Source of the DNA: Candidatus Krumholzibacteriales bacterium
GTDB lineage: Bacteria; Krumholzibacteriota; Krumholzibacteriia; Krumholzibacteriales; WJIX01
Direction of reading: 5' to 3'
Assembly: GCA_046483305.1 (NCBI GenBank)
Contig: JAWODM010000028.1
Span: forward strand, 1 to 11,760
Length of the DNA stretch: 11,760 bases
Positions 7,270 to 11,760 of the stretch are shown here, one piece after another. The first letter of the stretch is position 1, and each line of letters starts with the position of its first letter. Below the pieces are notes generated by a model that made no database searches, was not told the DNA's origin, and worked only from the letters and a program-made list of their open reading frames with translations. Both the position numbers and the translations under genes were made by a program.

Positions 7270-7297
7270 TTGAACTGGTGAGAAATAAAAGGATAAT
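7270..7297 (+). promoter_or_regulatory. Putative rpiB-gnd-zwf promoter
   Basis: TTGAAC (7270-7275), 16 nt, GATAAT (7292-7297). Alternative elements: -10 TAATAT (7294-7299), -35 TTGACC (7264-7269). Confidence 0.45.
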
Positions 7298-7351
7298 ATT
7301 ACATCTTAAAGGGCAGTCTGATTAATAATATTCAGATAGAGGAGGCAGGCC

Positions 7352-7807
7352 ATCAAGCTTGTCATCGGATCCGACCACGCCGGGTACCATCTCAAGGAGA
7401 TTCTGCGGAATTATCTGAGCGGGATGAAAATTAAAGTAATCGATATCGGTACCGACAATCCAAAACCTGTCGACTACCCCGACATTGCGGAAAAACTCGG
7501 CCTGGCCATAACAGAGGGTGATGCTGACAGAGCGATACTGATATGCGGAAGCGGTGTGGGAGCTTCAGTTGCTGTGAATAAAATACCCGGAATCCGGGCG
7601 GGTATCTGCCATGACTGTTATTCCGCCCGCCAGGGGGTAGAACATGATGATATCAATGTCCTGGTACTGGGAGCGAGGGTGGTCGGAGAGGAACTGGCAA
7701 AAGAGATTGTCTCAGCTTTCCTTGAAGCTGATTTCTCGACCGGAGAAAGACACATTAGAAGATTATCCAAGATATCGGCCCTGGAGAAGAAATACCTGAA
7801 GGATTAA
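7352..7807 (+). CDS. rpiB: Ribose-5-phosphate isomerase B (151 aa), starting at a non-canonical ATC
   Basis: ATC AAG CTT GTC ATC GGA TCC GAC CAC GCC GGG = (M)[10 protein letters not shown], in frame with ORF 7424-7807. Also [43 protein letters not shown] at 7340-7345. Confidence 0.9.
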   Translation: MKLVIGSDHAGYHLKEILRNYLSGMKIKVIDIGTDNPKPVDYPDIAEKLGLAITEGDADRAILICGSGVGASVAVNKIPGIRAGICHDCYSARQGVEHDDINVLVLGARVVGEELAKEIVSAFLEADFSTGERHIRRLSKISALEKKYLKD

Positions 7808-7829
7808 GCAGAACTGAGGAGGCGGCAGC

Positions 7830-8744
7830 ATGAAGATTGGAATGATAGGTCTGGGAAAGATGGGCGGTAATATGGCAGAGCGCCTGGTGCGGGCGGGCCA
7901 TGAAGTAATCGGATATGCACAGCACAGGGAAACGGTGGAAAGCGCCGCGGAGAAGGGTATTAAGGGGGTAACGTCGCTTCCGGATCTGATTTCCGAACTG
8001 GACCCGCCAGGGGTTGTATGGATTATGGTCCCCTCCGGAAAGCCCGTAGACAGCGTAATAGAAGAGCTGATAGACCTTCTGGAGCCGGGCGGCGTGGTAA
8101 TCGACGGAGGCAACTCCAACTACCGCGACACCCTCAGGAGAAGCGCCCTCCTGGCTGAAAACGGAATAGAGATGGTCGACTGCGGAACCAGCGGAGGGGT
8201 ATGGGGGCTTAAGGAAGGGTACAGCATGATGGTAGGAGGAAGCAGGGAGGCGGTTGAGAAGCTTTCGCCGATCTTCGAGGCCCTGGCTCCCGCCCCGGAC
8301 AGGGGCTGGGGACACGTGGGCCCCCCGGGGGCGGGGCATTTTGTAAAGATGGTTCACAACGGTATCGAATACGGTATGATGCAGGCAATGGCGGAAGGTT
8401 TTTCGATACTGAGACACAAGGAAGAATTCGGGCTTGATCTGCACCAGGTAGCGGAGATATGGCGCTACGGAAGCGTGGTAAGGTCATGGCTGCTCGATCT
8501 GATATCCGCGGTTTTCGAAGATAACCCCGGTCTTGAAGAGATAGCGCCCTACGTGGAAGATTCAGGAGAAGGGAGATGGACCGTTCTGGAATCGCTGGAA
8601 CTGGATGTGCCGGCGCCGGTGATAACGCAGGCCCTGTTCGAGAGATTCCGTTCGCGGGAAGAAAATTCATTCTCCGACAGAGTCCTGGCCGCTCTGAGGG
8701 ACAGGTTCGGGGGCCACGGCTTCAGGAAGGAGACAGAGTCATGA
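7830..8744 (+). CDS. gnd: 6-phosphogluconate dehydrogenase, decarboxylating, short (YqeC-type) form
   Basis: IGLGKMG, IDGGNS, DCGTSGG, GHFVKMVHNGIEYG, DSGEGRW, LR..FGGH; GAGGAGG SD. Confidence 0.95.
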   Translation: MKIGMIGLGKMGGNMAERLVRAGHEVIGYAQHRETVESAAEKGIKGVTSLPDLISELDPPGVVWIMVPSGKPVDSVIEELIDLLEPGGVVIDGGNSNYRDTLRRSALLAENGIEMVDCGTSGGVWGLKEGYSMMVGGSREAVEKLSPIFEALAPAPDRGWGHVGPPGAGHFVKMVHNGIEYGMMQAMAEGFSILRHKEEFGLDLHQVAEIWRYGSVVRSWLLDLISAVFEDNPGLEEIAPYVEDSGEGRWTVLESLELDVPAPVITQALFERFRSREENSFSDRVLAALRDRFGGHGFRKETES

Positions 8745-10222
8745 GCGGAAATGGAAAAACGATCCCCCATCTGTTCGTGATAATGGGCGGGACCGGGGAC
8801 CTCTCCATGAGAAAACTGGTGCCCGCACTATACCATGGCATAGAGGAGGGTTCCCCGGAGCATCACTGCGTGGTCCTGGGAGTGGCCAGAAACTCCGGGA
8901 TAACGGAACAGGAGTACCGCGAAACGGTCAGGTCGGCCCTGATTGGATCGGGAATCGATGACCCTGCCTCCTGGTGCGACAGCTGCGTATTTTACCAACC
9001 AATCGGAGAGGGGAACGAAGAAGATTACCGCCGTCTATCAGACAGGATAGATCGGATAGAGAAGGAAAAATCGATACCGGGCAGGAGGGTTTTCTATCTT
9101 GCCCTCCCCCCCGGCGCGGTTAAACCGGTTATAGAAAAGCTGGGCGGGTGCGGCCTGAACAGGAGCGAGAGCTGGACCAGGATCGTTATCGAAAAACCTT
9201 TCGGCAGGGACCTGGATTCAGCAAGAGAGCTGAACAGTCTATTGCACAAATGGTACGAAGAATCACAGATATTCAGGATAGATCATTACCTCGGCAAGGA
9301 AACCGTGCAGAATCTCCTGGTCTTCCGTTTCGCCAATTCAATATTCGAATCAATGTGGAGAAGAGAATTCGTCTCATGTGTGCAGATCACGGTTGCCGAA
9401 AGTCTCGGGGTGGAAAACAGAGCCGGCTACTACGACCAATCGGGAGCGGTGCGTGACATGATTCAGAATCACCTGAGCCAGCTTATTACCCTGATAGCGA
9501 TGGAAGTTCCCTCAGCCCTCGAAGCTGAACCGATAAGATACGAGAAGATCAAGGTGCTGAAATCGATCCGGCCGCTTGATCCTTCCTGGGGGGTGCTGGG
9601 ACAGTACGGCAGCGGAGTTACGGGAGGAGAGAAAGTTCCCGCCTATACCGAAGAGAAGGGCGTAGCTGATGATTCGAACACCGAAACATACGCGGCCATG
9701 CGGCTTGATCTTGATACCTGGCGCTGGCACGGCGTGCCCTTCTTCATCCGCACCGGTAAACGGCTCCCCACCCGCTGCACCGAGATCGCGGTAGTGTTCG
9801 AGAAACCGCCGGTATGCCTCTTTCTCCCCTACCGTCAGTGCCAGCTGCGCTCCAACGTGCTTCTGATTACACTTCAGCCGAATGAGGGGTTTACCCTCTC
9901 GTTCGATGTAAAGGTGCCGGGGAAATCATTTCGTTTCGATAAGCAGAAAATGACTTTCAAATACGAGGATAAATTCGGACGGATGCCGGATGCCTACGAG
10001 ACTCTTCTCCTGGATATTGTTACAGGAGACCAGACCCTGTTCGTTCACGCCGAAGAGGTCGAAGAGGCGTGGAAGATTTACATGCCCCTGATTGAGAAAG
10101 ACCTCCCGGTTCATCGATACCAGGCGGGAAGCTGGGGGCCGGAGCAGTCCGGTACGCTCCTGTCCGAGCAGGGTTATTACTGGTATTCGGCACATGAAGA
10201 AAGCGGCAAATCCGGGGGTTAG
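8741..10222 (+). CDS. zwf: Glucose-6-phosphate 1-dehydrogenase (493 aa)
   Basis: GGTGDL, EKPFG, RIDHYLGKE, DMIQNHL, RWHGVPFFIRTGK, QPNEG, DAYE, Y.AGSWGP. ATGA overlap with the gnd stop; AAGGAG at 8727-8732. Confidence 0.96.
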   Translation: MSGNGKTIPHLFVIMGGTGDLSMRKLVPALYHGIEEGSPEHHCVVLGVARNSGITEQEYRETVRSALIGSGIDDPASWCDSCVFYQPIGEGNEEDYRRLSDRIDRIEKEKSIPGRRVFYLALPPGAVKPVIEKLGGCGLNRSESWTRIVIEKPFGRDLDSARELNSLLHKWYEESQIFRIDHYLGKETVQNLLVFRFANSIFESMWRREFVSCVQITVAESLGVENRAGYYDQSGAVRDMIQNHLSQLITLIAMEVPSALEAEPIRYEKIKVLKSIRPLDPSWGVLGQYGSGVTGGEKVPAYTEEKGVADDSNTETYAAMRLDLDTWRWHGVPFFIRTGKRLPTRCTEIAVVFEKPPVCLFLPYRQCQLRSNVLLITLQPNEGFTLSFDVKVPGKSFRFDKQKMTFKYEDKFGRMPDAYETLLLDIVTGDQTLFVHAEEVEEAWKIYMPLIEKDLPVHRYQAGSWGPEQSGTLLSEQGYYWYSAHEESGKSGG

Positions 10223-10273
10223 AAACTCCGGGCGAGTTCCTGCCCCTGCCGAACCGTCAGCGAAAGAGTAAAT

Positions 10274-10933
10274 ATGGGAACAGACTTTATTACATTTTTC
10301 TGGCGGTTATTCCCGGTGCGGTGCAGTTTTGCAGCGAAAGTATCCTGGAACTCCGCGGGAAACATTGCCTCGGGGTTATTTCCTTCTCAGCCGGCATTTC
10401 AATCACCTATCTATTTCTCGATCTGATCCCCCGTTTCAGCAGCGAAGCGGCCCGCTCAAACCGGCTCCTGTATCTCTCTCTTCCTGCCGGATTCGTAGTT
10501 ATACATCTGGCATAGAAGTATATATATCAACATCCTCCGAAGAAACGCGTCAAAAAACGGCTCGGGTTCGAAACCCGGGTTGTCTCTTTTCTATATCATT
10601 TTATTCTCGGAATCATCATCCTCGATTTCAGCAGGAAGAGCCTGAGAGAGACTATCCTGCTTTTCATTCCGATAGCTGTTTTCACCGCGGTCAGCACACT
10701 TCCGTTCAACCGGCGCCCGGGCAGAAAGTATAAACGCCATTGTATCTGCCGGGTTCATCCATGAGCAGATGAGCCCGGTAATCCAGGCCGCCCTTCCCGG
10801 TTTCGTGACTGGGTAAATATTGTTCTCAACCATACGGCATTCGGTACCGCTGGGAGCGGAAGGAAAACCGTTCTGCTTCTTTATCGGAATAATGGTGTAC
10901 GCGCCGTTTATTATTGCTGGCTGGCCGCTTTAG
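10274..10933 (+). pseudogene. Degraded multi-pass membrane protein gene (ZIP-transporter-like hydrophobic pattern)
   Basis: Reconstructed across frames: MGTDFITF/FLAVI...ISFSAGISITYLFLDLIP...IHLA*KYIYQH...LYHFILGIII...GFVTG*ILFSTIRHSVP.G.EGKP..FFIG..VY...PL*. Lesions: frameshift at T5 (10295-10299), TAG 10513-10515, frameshift ~10720-10740, TAA 10814-10816. Confidence 0.75.
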
Positions 10934-10951
10934 ATTATCAGCCGGGCGCCC

Positions 10952-11518
10952 CTACAATTCTTTTCCGTATCGGTTTTTGAATGCGAACTCAGACAGGCCC
11001 AGCCTCGGCGGCCTCTCCTTTTCGGCCTCCACCTGTGTCTCTGAAAGGTAGGGCTTGATCTCCTCAGAATGCTTTCCCACTATGAGCAGCGTAATAACTT
11101 CCATATCTTCAGGGACGCTGAGAACTTCCTTCGCCCGGTCGGGACTGTACCCGGCTATGGCGTGGCATACCAGCCCCAGCTCGGTTGCCTTGAGCATCAT
11201 CATCCCCACCGACATTCCCACCCCAAATGCGTAGTATTCCCGGCCGTCCCTGATCTGGCAGTCCAGCTCCGGCTTGCTGCATACCGCTATTATCATGGAG
11301 GCGTATTCCGCCCATTCGTTACCCCTGGACAGCGACCCCTTCAATTCATCCAGGACCTTCTCATCGTAAACAAATACATATCTCCATGGCTGTTTATTGT
11401 AGCAGGACGGCGCCAGAGCGGCGGCCTCTGCCAGTTCCCCGGCGATATCGCCGGTGATTACCGCGGGGTCAAGTGAGCGGTAGGACCTTCGCTGATCTAT
11501 TGCATCTTTTAGTTCCAT
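10952..11518 (-). CDS. Nitroreductase-family FMN-dependent oxidoreductase
   Basis: RRSYR, LAPSCYNKQPW.YVFV, ATELGL..H.IAG, C-terminal RPPR; GGAGG SD at 11523-11527. Confidence 0.9.
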   Translation of the reverse strand: MELKDAIDQRRSYRSLDPAVITGDIAGELAEAAALAPSCYNKQPWRYVFVYDEKVLDELKGSLSRGNEWAEYASMIIAVCSKPELDCQIRDGREYYAFGVGMSVGMMMLKATELGLVCHAIAGYSPDRAKEVLSVPEDMEVITLLIVGKHSEEIKPYLSETQVEAEKERPPRLGLSEFAFKNRYGKEL

Positions 11519-11611
11519 TGTTCCTCCCCTGAATTTAAAAAGTTACTTCCCCGGCAAACTGATATTCCAGCGCAGAAAGCCGTTCAATCAGCTTTCCAGA
11601 AAAGCAGGCTG

Positions 11612-11617
11612 ATTATA
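11612..11617 (-). promoter_or_regulatory. Possible -10 box for the nitroreductase gene
   Basis: TATAAT on the minus strand within the palindrome GATTATAATC (11611-11620); no convincing -35. Confidence 0.3.
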
Positions 11618-11760
11618 ATCTTACAGCCGTCAGCGGAAAACTCACAGCCTTTTTGCCGGGACGAAGGAATGTGCCGGGCCCGAACAGCCTTCCCCGGGCC
11701 TCCCGATTTAACGGCCGTATCCGGCTTATCCTCATTCGCCTCCCCGCAGCTTCCCGGAAC

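Noticed and set aside
8576..8740. N-terminal extension of Zwf in the ORF track
   Set aside because: It lies inside gnd; the SD and ATGA coupling support a start at 8741.
10513..10515. Amber read-through (pyrrolysine or recoding) in the membrane-protein gene
   Set aside because: The same gene has frameshifts and a TAA, and TAG serves as a normal stop in pgl, zwf and the nitroreductase gene.
10329..10833. ORFs 10329-10733 (+) and 10591-10833 (-)
   Set aside because: Off-frame or antisense products of the pseudogene region.
11641..11760. GC-rich tail with recurring ACAGCCTT and CCGGG words; possible repeat array or CRISPR
   Set aside because: The matches are short and irregular, with no repeat-spacer periodicity, and the region is truncated by the window end.

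Overview
Bacterial-type chromosomal window (sigma70-like promoters, Shine-Dalgarno sites). It opens with an apparently complete IS256-family element (1-1350), followed by a frameshifted secreted-protein gene behind a consensus promoter and an AIR-synthase/HypE-like gene on the minus strand. The centre is a pentose phosphate pathway cluster (tkt-pgl ... rpiB-gnd-zwf) split by a self-contained trpR-trpB cassette. That cassette has no trpA, carries its own promoter and a 20-bp palindromic operator candidate, and is flanked by an 11-bp direct repeat. rpiB appears to start at a non-canonical ATC codon. The window ends with a multiply disrupted membrane-protein pseudogene and a nitroreductase-family gene. 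All family calls are from motif recognition; no database searches were run.
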